Notes under the pieces: generated by a model | Told to the model about the DNA's origin: nothing | The model's input: the letters and a program-made list of their open reading frames with translations, nothing else | Databases searched by the model: none | In this document: one piece after another, positions 38,721 to 50,200 of the stretch | Layout of the letters: the number at the start of each line of letters is the position of its first letter | Numbering within the stretch: the stretch's first letter is position 1 | Program-made: the position numbers and the translations under genes | From: Nostocaceae cyanobacterium | Lineage (GTDB): Bacteria; Cyanobacteriota; Cyanobacteriia; Cyanobacteriales; Nostocaceae | Length of the DNA stretch: 61,151 bases | Direction: 5' to 3' | Assembly (NCBI GenBank): GCA_035299225.1 | Contig: DATGXB010000028.1 | Coordinates: forward strand, 1 to 61,151

Positions 38721-38835
38721 GTAATTAAGCAGAATTAATTACCCAAACTTTTTTCCTGTTGCCTATTGCCTGTTCCCTGTTCCCTGCACCGCACTGAGCG
38801 CAGTCGAAGTGTTCCCTGTTCCCTGCTGTAAGTCT
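38721..38835. repeat. hairpin leader, then AGGCAAT/CCCTGTT array carrying the identical 25-bp dispersed element (38787-38811)
   Basis: The 25-mer is 25/25 identical to 23239-23263 and inserted at the same ccctg^tt position. Confidence 0.85.
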
Positions 38836-39999
38836 TTAAACCGGTTGCCCAGCATCAAGAATACTTTGTAAAATTTCAGCAACTTCAAATACAGCTTGAT
38901 TTTGAATTGCAGTCACATTAGTTTTATAGCGTGACCAATTTTCAGGTTTTAAAAGTTCTGTAATAGCTGGAACAATTTGCTTAAAGCTTTTAACTGTGAT
39001 ACCGACTTGTTTTTCTAAAATCCAGTCAGCATTATATTTTTCATTCATCAGTGTTGCATAATTACGATCTACAATCACAGGTAAATTCATCACTAATGCT
39101 TCACTAATACTAATAGAACCAGGTTTACCAATAAAAAAATCAGCTAAATTCATCAAATACGCTACATCTTCAGTAAAACCTTGAATATGTTGTTTTAACT
39201 GAGTGGGACGCTCTTTTAATGCTTTTGCTAATTTTTGATTATTACCACAGAGAAAAATTACCTGTATTTTGTCGCTGATAGATTCTAAAGAACGGGCTAT
39301 ATCTAAAATGGTCGCACAACCTTTAGCCCCAAATGATACTATGGCAGTAATTTTATCTGGATCTAATCCTAAACGCTGTCTTTCTGTATGACGGTTGTCA
39401 GAAATTGGCCGATAAAATTGGGGATGAACAATCAAACCTGAAGTTTTTATAATATACTCTTCCCATACACCTAAATTACGGGCTTGATTTCTGGCTTTTT
39501 CTGTCCCACAAATAACATAACTTTTAGTTTCCGGTTCAATCCAAAAATGCGGCGGACAATCTGCAAAATCAGTTAAAATTGTCACCATTGGCGTGTCGGG
39601 TTGAACACGTTGTAAACTTTCCCAAATCGCTCGATTATGTAGAGGAATTAAAGAAATTACTAAATCAATTGGTGTATGCTGTCTCCAGTGTTTTTCTCCT
39701 AATTCCACTGCTTTTGAGTACAACAAATTAATAAAAAACTTATCCAGAAACATAGTCACAGGATGAAACCATGTCCAATCCATACTTAGCATATCGTTAT
39801 ATACATCATTGGCATCTACCCCAAATAATTTTTTGTAGGGGTCTAGCAATTTTGTCAGTTCACCAATATCTGTAACTGTAATTTGCCAAGGTCGGTTTTG
39901 TTGTTGGGCAATTGCTTTTAAAGCTCTTAAAGTAGCATAATGTCCCCCACCTGCATTGAGAGTAAAAATATGTAATGAATAGATTTTTTCCGCATTCAT
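38836..39999 (-). CDS. GT-B fold glycosyltransferase (MGDG-synthase/UgtP-like, GT28 family)
   Basis: N-terminal LNAGGGHYATLRAL resembles the UgtP/YpfP ANYGNGH motif. C-terminal GKPGSISISEALVMNLPVIV. Confidence 0.55.
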   Translation of the reverse strand: MNAEKIYSLHIFTLNAGGGHYATLRALKAIAQQQNRPWQITVTDIGELTKLLDPYKKLFGVDANDVYNDMLSMDWTWFHPVTMFLDKFFINLLYSKAVELGEKHWRQHTPIDLVISLIPLHNRAIWESLQRVQPDTPMVTILTDFADCPPHFWIEPETKSYVICGTEKARNQARNLGVWEEYIIKTSGLIVHPQFYRPISDNRHTERQRLGLDPDKITAIVSFGAKGCATILDIARSLESISDKIQVIFLCGNNQKLAKALKERPTQLKQHIQGFTEDVAYLMNLADFFIGKPGSISISEALVMNLPVIVDRNYATLMNEKYNADWILEKQVGITVKSFKQIVPAITELLKPENWSRYKTNVTAIQNQAVFEVAEILQSILDAGQPV

Positions 40000-40007
40000 A
40001 ATTTAGT

Positions 40008-40080
40008 AGTATGTGTAGGGTGGGCATTTTCGGTAAAACACTGAATAAAAGCGGAAAATTTTCGGAAATGCCCACCTCAG
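40008..40080 (-). repeat. copy C of the MITE-like hairpin element (reverse orientation)
   Basis: The minus strand reads ...GAGGTGGGCATTT-loop-AAAATGCCCACCCTACACATACT, 22/23 identical to copy B. It fills the gspE-GT intergenic region and ends 9 nt upstream of the GT start codon. Confidence 0.6.
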
Positions 40081-40151
40081 TATTTTTCCAAAATCAAACC
40101 GGATTCCTATATCAGTATCATAGTTTTTAGGAAATGGTATTACCACTTTCT

Positions 40152-41849
40152 CTACAGCGCAGTAATTTGGCTTTCCATTGCTGGAACTGCTGCTACTTGT
40201 AAATGAGGTTTAAAATGGTGTTCACGATTAAAAACACTATGAGGTAAAACTCTCAAAACCTCTTCGATGGTCGTTACTCCAGTTGTCACCTTTTGCGCTG
40301 CTGCTACACCAAAAGAAGTAAAATTTATCTCCTTTAAATAACGATTTAACTGAGTCATTGTTCCTTCATAAATTAACTCTCGCACTCTATCATCTACATC
40401 TAATAATTCTACAATTGCTTCCCGTCCTAAATACCCAGAATTAAAACACTTAGGACAGCCTCGACCCCGTTTCCAACTCTTGGTTGTAGTTGGTGTTGCT
40501 TCTAATCCTAGTCTACGTAAATCTGTGGCTGTAGGTGTATAGGGTTCTGCACAGTGGGGACAAACTCGACGGACTAAACGCTGTGCCACTATGCCCAAAA
40601 GTGCATCACTAATTAAACCAGGGTCGGGGCCAATATCTTTTAACCTGGGAATTGTACCTACAGCATCATTTGTATGTAAAGTAGTAAATACTAAGTGTCC
40701 AGTTAAAGCTGCTCTAACTGCTGTTTCTGCTGTTTCTGCATCCCGAACTTCTCCCAACATAATTACATCCGGGTCTTGACGGAGAATCGCCCGTAAACCC
40801 GCAGCAAAGGTCATTCCGGCGGCTTCGTTAACTTGGGTTTGGGTAATTCCTGCTAAGACGTATTCTACTGGATCTTCTACTGTGACGACGTTAACGGATT
40901 CTTTTGCTACATATTGTAAACTGGTGTAGAGAGTGCTAGTTTTTCCTGAACCTGTGGGACCAGTGAGAATAATCATGCCCTGTGGTTCACTTAACCATCT
41001 TTTATAAGTCTCTAATGTAGAACCGGAAAAGCCAAGTTTATTCATATCGGTGAAGGGGTTACGCTGTGGTAGTAAGCGTATTACTACTTTTTCCCCACCT
41101 ACACAGGGGAGGGTGCTGACCCGCATATCTAAACCTACTTCTGCCAAATCACTGGTATTATATTTTTCACCAATGCGACCATCTTGGGGACGGCGACTTT
41201 CAGCAATATCAATTTCTGACATGACTTTGAGGGCTACTACCACTTTCCGGCTGATTTCTAGAGGCAGGGTAGTAATGTGACGTAATACACCATCAATCCG
41301 GTAGCGGACTCTTAACCCATCGGGCATGGGTTCTAGGTGGATATCACTAGCACGGTTGCGTAAAGCTCCACTGATAATGGTTTTAACTCTTTCTATTTGG
41401 TCTGAGGCTTTGGAAAGATAGAGTTCGGTGATTTCTGTGATGTTTTCTGATTCTGATTCTTTGGTGAGGGGGTTAACTAGGGAGTCGGCGCTAATTTTAC
41501 TCAGGTCTAGATTTTGGGTGATGTACCAAGCTTTGTAACTTCTTTCTGTGATGGGGATGATTTTGATTTCTGTGGAAGTGCGATCGCCTAATTTTTTAAT
41601 TTCTTCTGGTGTTAATACCACTGGACTCCCCAAATAGTAACAATTACGCCACAACAACAAGGGAATCACTGGCGGTAATTCCTGGGGATTGGGGAATAAT
41701 TTAAAAAACCGAACGCTAACTTCCGAGTCTAAAAATTCCAGATTGATTTTTCCTGTCTCATCTATTAACAGTGTCAATGCTTGTTGACAATCAATTATAC
41801 CCTTTTTTAACTCCTGCCAAGGATTTAAGGGACTATCAAATAGTTGCAT
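40152..41849 (-). CDS. type II secretion / type IV pilus assembly ATPase (GspE/PilB family)
   Basis: Walker A GPTGSGKTST, Asp and His boxes, and a tetracysteine motif CPHC...CPKC. 565 aa. Confidence 0.85.
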   Translation of the reverse strand: MQLFDSPLNPWQELKKGIIDCQQALTLLIDETGKINLEFLDSEVSVRFFKLFPNPQELPPVIPLLLWRNCYYLGSPVVLTPEEIKKLGDRTSTEIKIIPITERSYKAWYITQNLDLSKISADSLVNPLTKESESENITEITELYLSKASDQIERVKTIISGALRNRASDIHLEPMPDGLRVRYRIDGVLRHITTLPLEISRKVVVALKVMSEIDIAESRRPQDGRIGEKYNTSDLAEVGLDMRVSTLPCVGGEKVVIRLLPQRNPFTDMNKLGFSGSTLETYKRWLSEPQGMIILTGPTGSGKTSTLYTSLQYVAKESVNVVTVEDPVEYVLAGITQTQVNEAAGMTFAAGLRAILRQDPDVIMLGEVRDAETAETAVRAALTGHLVFTTLHTNDAVGTIPRLKDIGPDPGLISDALLGIVAQRLVRRVCPHCAEPYTPTATDLRRLGLEATPTTTKSWKRGRGCPKCFNSGYLGREAIVELLDVDDRVRELIYEGTMTQLNRYLKEINFTSFGVAAAQKVTTGVTTIEEVLRVLPHSVFNREHHFKPHLQVAAVPAMESQITAL

Positions 41850-41946
41850 AAATTACTTGAGTGAATATTGGTTTATCTAGTAATAATTGTTTAGCAGGAA
41901 AGAAGCAAGTAGTTTTTAATACATAAAATATTGAGGAATGTGCGAT

Positions 41947-42774
41947 TTAAAGATGATGATCAAATTCCCCATTTTTGTGCAATTTCCCCACAAGTCCATC
42001 AAAATACCATTGTAGTAGGGGAGCGAAGAGGCTGTGCAACCGCATTAATAAAGTCATTTCTAATCCCGGTGTAATTACGAAGGCTTGGCGGGTGATTTCT
42101 TGTAAAATTTTCGTTGCTACTTGTTCGGCTGTCATGGTTTGGGCTGATTGGGTAATTAGTTTGGTTTCTGGGGGTTTGGTTTGATTTTCGGCGGCTAATT
42201 GGGGTGTGTCGGTGTCTGGTGGGTAGACTATGGAAATGTGCAAATTTTTGGTTTTCAGTTCACCCCGCAATGATTCAGCTAAACCCCGGACAGCAAATTT
42301 ACTAGGGCTATAGGGTGTATAACCATACAAACCAATTAAGCCGGCTCCTGAAGAAATGACGACAATATGACCTTTTTTCTGTTGTATCATTGCGGGTAAG
42401 GCGGCTTTAATACAGTAAAGAGTACCAAAGTAATTTATGGCCATTGTTTCTTCAAAAACCGTTAGGGGGAGTTCTGTAAAATATCCAGGTTGGGCAGTAC
42501 CAGCCGAGGTGATTAATAAATCTGGTGTACCTAATTGAGTTATAGCAGAGGCGATCGCTCTTTCTGCTTCTTCCCATTGAGAAACATCGGCGGAAATGGC
42601 TAATATTCGTTGTTCTGAGTGGGTTTTTAAGCTTTCCAGTTCTTTTTGGGTAGAGTTAAGTTTGGTTTGGTTACGGGCAATAATAGAGACATTAGCACCT
42701 GTTTGGATCAGAAGAGAGGCGATCGCTTTACCAATACCACTAGAACCACCCGTAATAATTGCGTGTTTATACAT
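41947..42774 (-). CDS. 3-ketodihydrosphingosine reductase (KDSR)-like short-chain dehydrogenase
   Basis: The true start is probably the ATG at 42774, since the ORF-track N-terminal MPPASCLLPPAS is STR-derived. ITGGSSGIGKAIA...NVSIIARNQTKL matches KDSR TGGSSGIGKCIA...ITLVARNEDKL. SKFAVRGLAESLRGELK...VYPPDTDTP...ENQTKPPETKLI matches KDSR SKFAIRGLAEALQMEVK...AYPPDTDTP...ENRTKPLETRLI, as recalled from the human KDSR sequence. Confidence 0.75.
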   Translation of the reverse strand: MYKHAIITGGSSGIGKAIASLLIQTGANVSIIARNQTKLNSTQKELESLKTHSEQRILAISADVSQWEEAERAIASAITQLGTPDLLITSAGTAQPGYFTELPLTVFEETMAINYFGTLYCIKAALPAMIQQKKGHIVVISSGAGLIGLYGYTPYSPSKFAVRGLAESLRGELKTKNLHISIVYPPDTDTPQLAAENQTKPPETKLITQSAQTMTAEQVATKILQEITRQAFVITPGLEMTLLMRLHSLFAPLLQWYFDGLVGKLHKNGEFDHHL

Positions 42775-42776
42775 TA

Positions 42777-42862
42777 GGCAATAGGAGGCAGGAGGCAGGA
42801 GGCAGGAGGCAGGAGGCATAAATAATTACTTCCTCATCTCCTCTTTCCCCCTGTTCCCTGTT
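42777..42862. repeat. STR block (AGGAGGC)5 ... CCCCCTGTTCCCTGTT
   Basis: Read directly. Lies between the CHRD and KDSR-like genes and creates the spurious N-terminal extension. Confidence 0.85.
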
Positions 42863-42866
42863 GTAA

Positions 42867-43565
42867 TTAACTTTTAACTGGACTTATTTTACCGCGAATA
42901 TCTCCAAAATATGTTTGTCCTTTAGTATGTAAATTAAAGTACAATTCGCTTCTTCTAGCAAACTGTTCCATCCCAGAAACGGTTTTTACTTTTTTGGATT
43001 TATCTAATTTATCTGGTGCATTTGCTGCGTCTGATGCAATTAGACATCCTGACAGGAAAACACCTAAAGGATCATTGGGAGAATTAACAACTTTTTCTAT
43101 ATTTTCATTGGTAACTACTACTGAAAAATGATTATCAGCAAAATTCTGTTGAATGTCTCCAGACAATGCAAAATCAACTAGAATTGGACCTAATTCATCC
43201 GGTTTACCACAGTGAATATGAAACATATTGATATCTTTTATGTTTACACCTTCAATATGAACATCAACAAAAGCTTTACTTAAATCTTTGGTAAATTTTA
43301 CTGTTCCATGTCCCTTTGATTTGCGCTCACTTCTGAGTAAAGAAGGGGCTGTAGATTGAAATTTTGGTGGGATATATTTTGGTGTATCTTTCTCTTCACC
43401 TGGTTCTTGCTGAGGAGTCAAAAAAGCTTCGTAAACAGAACCAATTTCTTCACCTTTCGGTATTTTACTTTGTGCAAAAGCCTTTTTTGGTTGTAGGGGT
43501 AATACAGTTAAGCAGACAAAAGCCAGCAAACAAATCAAGACAGTGAATATATATTTACTACGCAT
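42867..43565 (-). CDS. secreted CHRD-domain protein
   Basis: N-terminal signal peptide (MRSKYIFTVLICLLAFVCLTVLP). CHRD-like motif FHIHCGKPDELGPILVDF. Confidence 0.45.
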   Translation of the reverse strand: MRSKYIFTVLICLLAFVCLTVLPLQPKKAFAQSKIPKGEEIGSVYEAFLTPQQEPGEEKDTPKYIPPKFQSTAPSLLRSERKSKGHGTVKFTKDLSKAFVDVHIEGVNIKDINMFHIHCGKPDELGPILVDFALSGDIQQNFADNHFSVVVTNENIEKVVNSPNDPLGVFLSGCLIASDAANAPDKLDKSKKVKTVSGMEQFARRSELYFNLHTKGQTYFGDIRGKISPVKS

Positions 43566-43733
43566 AACATTCTACTTTTCAAAAATTTAACAAGGATGTA
43601 AAACTTTCATTAGCTTTAGTCAGCAATATTATCACGATTGCTAAAATTACTACTGTATATTTACTAATCTTTAAATATTTCCTAATTTCTACCTCCAGCA
43701 AGAATCATTATTCAGTCATACCCTTTTTTACAG

Positions 43734-46700
43734 TTAAGAAATGTAGCATTTTTTCAAAGCCGTTATAGTTTGATTAATTTGTGTTTCTGTGTGCAAACAA
43801 CTAATAAAAAAGCGCAGACGTGCAGCATCATTAGGGACAGCAGGATAAATCATTGGTTGAACGTTGATTCCAGCTTGGAAGAGTGCGTGAGATAAGCGAA
43901 TACAGTTTAGAGAATCTCCCAAAACAATGGGAATAATCGGAGAATTTTGGCTTGTGGATGTGTTCCAACCTTGTGCTTGAGCTAGTTGCAAAAATTGATG
44001 CGATCGCTCTTGCAAAATTTTCACTCGTTCTGGTTCTGATTTCAGTAACCGCAGAGATGCTAAAGCCGCAGCAGTATTAGCAGGGGATAATCCTACACTA
44101 TAAACAAACCCGGGAGCAGTATATTTTAAATAATTTACCAAAGCCTTAGAACCAGCAATATATCCCCCACAACTAGCAAAAGCTTTGCTTAATGTCCCCA
44201 TCCACAAATCTACTTGATTTCGTTCTATATTAGAAAATTCACCAATACCCCGGCCATTTTCACCTAATACCCCAATAGAATGGGCTTCATCTACCATTAA
44301 AAAGGTTTTATGTCGTTTTTTCATTTCAATAAATCGGGGTAAATCTGGGATATCTCCATCCATACTATAAATACCTTCAATTACTATTAAAACTCGCCGA
44401 TAATTTTGGCGTTGGTTTTGTAGCATTTTATCTAAAAATTGCCAATCATTATGGGGAAAAGGTACGGATTTAGCACCAGATAAAGCACAACCTTGTAAAA
44501 TACTATTGTGACTGAAGGCATCGTAAAAAATTAAATCTTGGGAATTGAACAAATGACCGATAGTAGTAACATTGGTAGCGTGACCACTAACATATACAAT
44601 GCAATCTTCTACACCAATAAATTCTGCTAATTCTTGTTCTAATTCTTGATGTAGTAAACGTTCACCTGATGCCAAACGACTGGCACAAACTGATGTGCCA
44701 TAGCTATCAATTGCTGCCTTTGCTGCTGCGGAAACTGTCGGATTTCCTGATAAGCCTAAATAGTTGTAACTGGAATAGTTAATTAGTGTTTGTCCTTGAA
44801 TTTGTGTACAATCTCTAGTTATGGATTCCTGGATTTGAAAATAAGGATTAGGAATTTCTAAAGTTTGAATTTGGGTTAATTTTGCTTGGAGTTGGGCATA
44901 TTCTGGAAAAGATTCAATTTGATAATATTCAGAAGGAATTTGTGCTAAAGGCTGATTATGATCTTGAGAAAGTTCTTTAACTAGATATTGTGTTAAATTA
45001 GCAATTGTTTCAAATGATTGCAGTGTAGAAATATTAAGTAAATATCCAGAATAGCTTTGTAAGTCTTGAATGAATTGTGTTGCTGTCAAAGAATCTAAAC
45101 CATAAGCTGCAAAAGATTCATTTTGGTTAATAGATTGAATAGAAATATTTAATTTTTTTGCCAACCATTGACAAATCCAATCTTGGATTGATTCTAAAGC
45201 ATAATCTTGATGATGTTTTGGAGAAATATCTATTACTTCTGAAGCTATTAAAGGTAAATTTCCTGCTAAGAAAGTCTCACGACAGAGAAACCGTTGTATT
45301 TTACCACTAGAAGTTTTAGGAAGAGTTCCTGGTTTAAGTAATAAAACTTGATATACTTGTAAATCATGTTCCATTAAAACGGCTTTTCTAATAGCTTTTA
45401 CTACTTCCTCCACTTGGATATTTCGCAAATAATTCCGCTTGACTTCACAAGCTACAAAAAGACGATTTTCTCCATCTATTTCCACCACAAAAGCGGCAAT
45501 ACTATGAAAACTTAATGCTGGATGGCAAGTTTCTACGGTTTGTTCAATATCTTGAGGATAATAATTTCTTCCCCGGATAATTAATATATCTTTAATCCGT
45601 CCAGTGACAAATAAACCTGCCTCATCATCCCAAAACCCTAAATCCCCAGTTCGCAAAAATGCTCCTTCTTTTGTATCTGCTAAATAAGCATAAAATGTTT
45701 GTTTTGTTAATTCTGCTTGTTGCCAATATCCTTGGGTGACACTTTCACCTTTAACCCAAATTTCCCCGATTTCTCCTGATGAACATTTGGTTAAGGAATC
45801 AGGATTTACAATAATCACAGTTTGACCAAGGACAGGATAGCCACAACTAACAATTTTACGGGTATTTTGAGTTTCTGTAGGGGAATTAATTACTTGATTT
45901 TTTTCTAAAGCTTTAGCGTCAAATATTTTAATTATAGGTGATTTTTCTTTAATTGCACCTGTTATTAATAAAGTTGTTTCAGCCATGCCATAGGAAGGAC
46001 GGAAAGCACTGGGATTAAATCCATAGGGGGCAAATGTATCAATAAAATCTGTAATAGTTTCTGCTCGTATAGGTTCAGCCCCATTAATGGCAATTTGCCA
46101 ACTGCTAAGGTTAAAATTAGTTAATTGTTCTGGATTAATCTTTTTAAATCTTTCTACACACAGATCATAAGCAAAATTAGGGCTGACTGTGACTGTAACT
46201 TGATAATTAGAAATTACTTTTAACCACAATATTGGGTTTTGTAAAAATGCCATTGGTGACATTAATATCACCGGAAATCCTACTAACAGGGGTTGAAGTG
46301 TTCCCCCAACTAAGCCCATATCATGGTAAAGTGGTAGCCAATTTAAAACTATCCCCTCAGCACTTTCTTGATAGCTATGTTGGATAACTTGACAGTTATG
46401 AACTAAATTCTTGTGAGAAACTATTACCCCTTTAGGAGTGCCTGTAGAACCAGAAGTATATTGTAAAAATGCGGTGGTATTAGGTTCTATTTTTATATGG
46501 GTAAAATCTTCAGCTTTAGTATTTATCTGGTCGGTTAAAACCCATTGTAAATGTGTAAATATCTCTTCCTTTTGGGCAATGAGTTGAAAAATATTTGTGT
46601 TAGTTAATAATAAGTTAGCTTGGGCATCATGAACAATGGTTTGTAATCGGGATAACTTCTGGTTGCGTTTGGGTGGATAAGCTGGGACAGCAATGATTCC

Positions 46701-46979
46701 TGCATATAAACAGGCAAAAAAACTGATAACAAAATCTAATCCTGATGGATAAAGTAGTAACGCTCTATTACCTGGTGTAGAGATGGTTTGCAAATGGGCA
46801 GCAACATATTTTATTTTATCTTCTAGCTCTTGATAAGTTAAACAATCGGTTTGTATTTCTCCATCTTCGAGAAATATATAGGCTTTTTGGTGTGGTTGGT
46901 GTTTTGCCCTGTAGTGTAATAAATCTACAAGGGTTTTGTCCTGGAGAGGAAAATCAGCTTTAATTTGGGAGGTTATCAT
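43734..46979 (-). CDS. tridomain FAAL - acyl carrier protein - alpha-oxoamine synthase (serine-palmitoyltransferase/AONS-like, PLP-dependent)
   Basis: Residues 1-570 are a FAAL (YTSGSTGTPKGVIVSHKN). Residues ~585-665 are an ACP (AAYGLDSLTATQF, phosphopantetheine Ser). Residues ~700-1081 are an AONS/SPT-type aminotransferase class II (NYSSYNYLGLS, GHATNVTTIGHL, PLP-Lys motif GTLSKAFASCGG). Confidence 0.85.
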   Translation of the reverse strand: MITSQIKADFPLQDKTLVDLLHYRAKHQPHQKAYIFLEDGEIQTDCLTYQELEDKIKYVAAHLQTISTPGNRALLLYPSGLDFVISFFACLYAGIIAVPAYPPKRNQKLSRLQTIVHDAQANLLLTNTNIFQLIAQKEEIFTHLQWVLTDQINTKAEDFTHIKIEPNTTAFLQYTSGSTGTPKGVIVSHKNLVHNCQVIQHSYQESAEGIVLNWLPLYHDMGLVGGTLQPLLVGFPVILMSPMAFLQNPILWLKVISNYQVTVTVSPNFAYDLCVERFKKINPEQLTNFNLSSWQIAINGAEPIRAETITDFIDTFAPYGFNPSAFRPSYGMAETTLLITGAIKEKSPIIKIFDAKALEKNQVINSPTETQNTRKIVSCGYPVLGQTVIIVNPDSLTKCSSGEIGEIWVKGESVTQGYWQQAELTKQTFYAYLADTKEGAFLRTGDLGFWDDEAGLFVTGRIKDILIIRGRNYYPQDIEQTVETCHPALSFHSIAAFVVEIDGENRLFVACEVKRNYLRNIQVEEVVKAIRKAVLMEHDLQVYQVLLLKPGTLPKTSSGKIQRFLCRETFLAGNLPLIASEVIDISPKHHQDYALESIQDWICQWLAKKLNISIQSINQNESFAAYGLDSLTATQFIQDLQSYSGYLLNISTLQSFETIANLTQYLVKELSQDHNQPLAQIPSEYYQIESFPEYAQLQAKLTQIQTLEIPNPYFQIQESITRDCTQIQGQTLINYSSYNYLGLSGNPTVSAAAKAAIDSYGTSVCASRLASGERLLHQELEQELAEFIGVEDCIVYVSGHATNVTTIGHLFNSQDLIFYDAFSHNSILQGCALSGAKSVPFPHNDWQFLDKMLQNQRQNYRRVLIVIEGIYSMDGDIPDLPRFIEMKKRHKTFLMVDEAHSIGVLGENGRGIGEFSNIERNQVDLWMGTLSKAFASCGGYIAGSKALVNYLKYTAPGFVYSVGLSPANTAAALASLRLLKSEPERVKILQERSHQFLQLAQAQGWNTSTSQNSPIIPIVLGDSLNCIRLSHALFQAGINVQPMIYPAVPNDAARLRFFISCLHTETQINQTITALKKCYIS

Positions 46980-47200
46980 TATGACAGCTTCTTGAATAAT
47001 TGATATTACAAAACTTCATTCAATTTTTAGTTAAATATAGGCTATAGTTTACTGCTATAAACATTTTTTCGCCCGAATAGTGGTGAAATTCCTTAACTAA
47101 CAGGCTACCTCTGGTTACAATAGCATCCAAGTTCAAGCGGTTGATAATAAAATTTTTTGCCCCCTGCTGCCCTGCACTACCCTCCATTAATACTGCAAAT

Positions 47201-50200
47201 ATGCAACACTTAAAAACCTTGAAAAATAGAGAACCCATTGCGATAGTCGGTATTGGTTGCCGCTTTCCAGGTGGTGCGAATAACTCAGAAGCATTTTGGA
47301 ACTTGTTGATTAATGGTGTAGATGCGATCGCCGAAGTACCTGCAAGCCGTTGGAATATTAGTAACTTTTATCACCCTGACACCGCCAAGCCAGGGAAAAT
47401 CCGCACTCGTTGGGGTGGGTTTATTGAAGATATAGATCAATTTGACGCGCAATTTTTCGGCATTTCCCCCAGAGAAGCGGCTTGTATTGATCCCCAGCAA
47501 AGGTTATTGCTAGAGGTCGTTTGGGAAGCTTTGGAAGATGGGGGACAGGTAGCAGCAAAACTGGCTAATTCTCAAACTGGTGTATTTATCGGCATATCGG
47601 GTAGTGATTATCACCATATTCAACTCAATGTAAGCGATCGCCATTTAATCAATGCTTACACACATTTAGGGGGTGTCCACTGCATCGCTGCCAACCGGAT
47701 TTCCTATGTTTTAAATCTCCAGGGACCCAGTTTAGCAGTTGATACCGCTTGTTCTTCCTCCCTGGTAGCGGTTCATTTAGCTTGTCAAAGCATCTGGAAT
47801 GGGGAATCAAGCGCCGCTATTGCTGGGGGTGTGAATGCCATGCTCAAACCAGAAACCAGCATTGGATTTTCTAAAGCCTCCATGCTTTCACCAGATGGAC
47901 GTTGTTTTACTTTTGACGCACGCGCTAACGGATATGTCCGGGGTGAGGGTGTGGGTGTGGTATTTTTAAAGCCTTTATCTCAAGCTCAAGCTGACAAAGA
48001 TCCGATTTATGCGGTAATAAAAGCTACCGCTGTTAACCAAGATGGCCAAACCAACGGCATTACAGTTCCTAACGGCAAAGCCCAAGAAGCGGCTATTTTA
48101 TCAGCTTGTGAACAAGCGGGAATTTTACCAGAACAGGTGCAATACGTAGAAGCCCACGGCACAGGAACACCAGTAGGTGATCCCATTGAAACTAAAGCTT
48201 TAGGTCATGTTTTGGGGAAAAATCGGCCAGCAGGAGAACATTGTTTAATCGGTTCGGTAAAAACGAATATTGGGCATTTAGAGCCAGCTTCGGGCATTGC
48301 GGGTTTGATTAAAGTGGCTTTGGCGATTAAAAATGGTCAAATTCCGCCAAACTTAAATTTACAAACACCAAACCCTGAAATTCCTTTTACTGAGTTGCGG
48401 TTGCGTGTACCAACAAACCCAGAACCCTGGCCGGATGAAGAGAAGCCACGTATAGCCGGCATCAATTCTTTTGGTTTTGGGGGAACTAATGCTCATACGA
48501 TTTTAGCAGAAGTTCCTCAGCCTCCAGCCCCACTTCGACTTCGCTCTGTTACCACCGCTAAAAAATCCTATTTATTACCTTTATCAGCCCGCAGTGAAGC
48601 CGCACTGAAAGATTTAGCAGCAGCTTATAAAATATTTTTGACAAATACAAGTTTATCATTATCGGATATTTGTTATACTGCCACTTTCTACCGAGATCAT
48701 CATGACCACCGTTTAGCAGTGGTGGGAAGTTCTCCCGCAGAAATAACCGCTAACTTAGCAGGGTTTTTGGCTGAAGAAACCCGCTTGAGAATTTCTGAGG
48801 GGCGGGTTATTGTTGATAAGTTGCCTAAGTTGGCTTTTGTTTTCTCTGGAATGGGTCAACAATGGTGGGCAATGGGACGGAGTTTATTAGCAGAGGAATC
48901 AGTATTTCGAGAAAAAATACAACAGTGTGACCAATTATTGAGACAATATACCGACTGGTCACTGTGGGAGGAGTTAACAGCAAGTGAGGAAAGTTCGCGC
49001 ATTAATGAAACTCAAATCGCTCAATGTGCGATTTTTTCCGTACAAGTTGCCTTGGCCGCTTTATGGGAAAGTTGGGGTATTGTCCCAGCCGGCATAGTTG
49101 GCCATAGTGTGGGAGAAGTGGCAGCTGCTTATGTTGCGGGGGTGTTAAGTTTAGAAGATGCTGTATGTGTAATTTTCCACCGTAGCCGCTTACAAGCTAC
49201 CAGTGCCGGACAAGGAAAAATGTTAGCAGTGGGGTTATCTCTGGAAGAAGCTGAAAAGGTCATATCTGGGTATGAAGATAAAGTCGCTGTGGGTGCGGTT
49301 AACAGTCATAATTCTGTCACCCTCTCAGGAGATAGTCAGGCTTTAGGAGAAATTGCCCAAACTTTAGAACAGCAAGAGGTTTTTTGTCGTTTCCTCAAGG
49401 TAGAAGTTCCCTATCACAGCCCCTTAATGGAACATCTCAAGGCAGATTTATTACATTCTTTATCAGAAATTACACCAAAATCAGCCGCTATTCCTCTCTT
49501 TTCTACAGTCACAGGTCAGCAAGTTGCAGGAACGGAAATAGATGGAGCATACTGGGGGCAAAATATGCGAAATCCAGTATTATTTGCTGCCGCAGTAGAA
49601 GGAATGATGGAAGCTGAGTATAATTTGTTCTTAGAAATTGGTGCTCATCCAGTTTTAGCTAACTATATTTCTGAGTGTTTTACTCAAGCAAATCAAGCAG
49701 TAACGGTTTTACCTTCCCTGCGTCGGCAAGAATCTGATTTAGTAATAATGCTGGGGAGTTTTGGTAAACTTTATACTGTAGGATATGCAGTTGATTGGAA
49801 TCGGCTGGATTTAGATGGTCAGTTTGTGCGTGTTCCGTCCTATCCTTGGCAAAAAGAGCAATATTGGCATGAGTCAGAAGAATCACAACAGGCTAGAATA
49901 GGGGAAGGTTTGAGGCGATCGCTCTTAGGCAAACAAGTACATCCTTTATTGGGAAGTCGTCTAGAATCTGTACAATTGTTGTGGAATGCCACAATAGACC
50001 AAAGCAACCTCACCTATTTAAAAGACCATCGCATCCAGGGATCAGTAGTTTATCCCGGTGCAGGTTACATTGAAATGGTCTTGGCTACCGCTAAGGAGCT
50101 TTTTGGTGCAGGAAGTTGTATTTTAGAAGATGTAGAATTTTTGCAAGCTTTATTTTTACCCGATGAACCAATTACATTACAGTTAAGCGTAGAAGACCAA

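Noticed and set aside
42775-42819. N-terminal 15 residues (MPPASCLLPPASYCL) of the KDSR-like ORF as given in the ORF track
   Set aside because: This segment is translated from the AGGAGGC heptamer array. The ATG at 42774 (MYKHAIITGGSSGIGK) gives a canonical SDR N-terminus, so the extension is treated as non-coding or at most a slippage-dependent variant.
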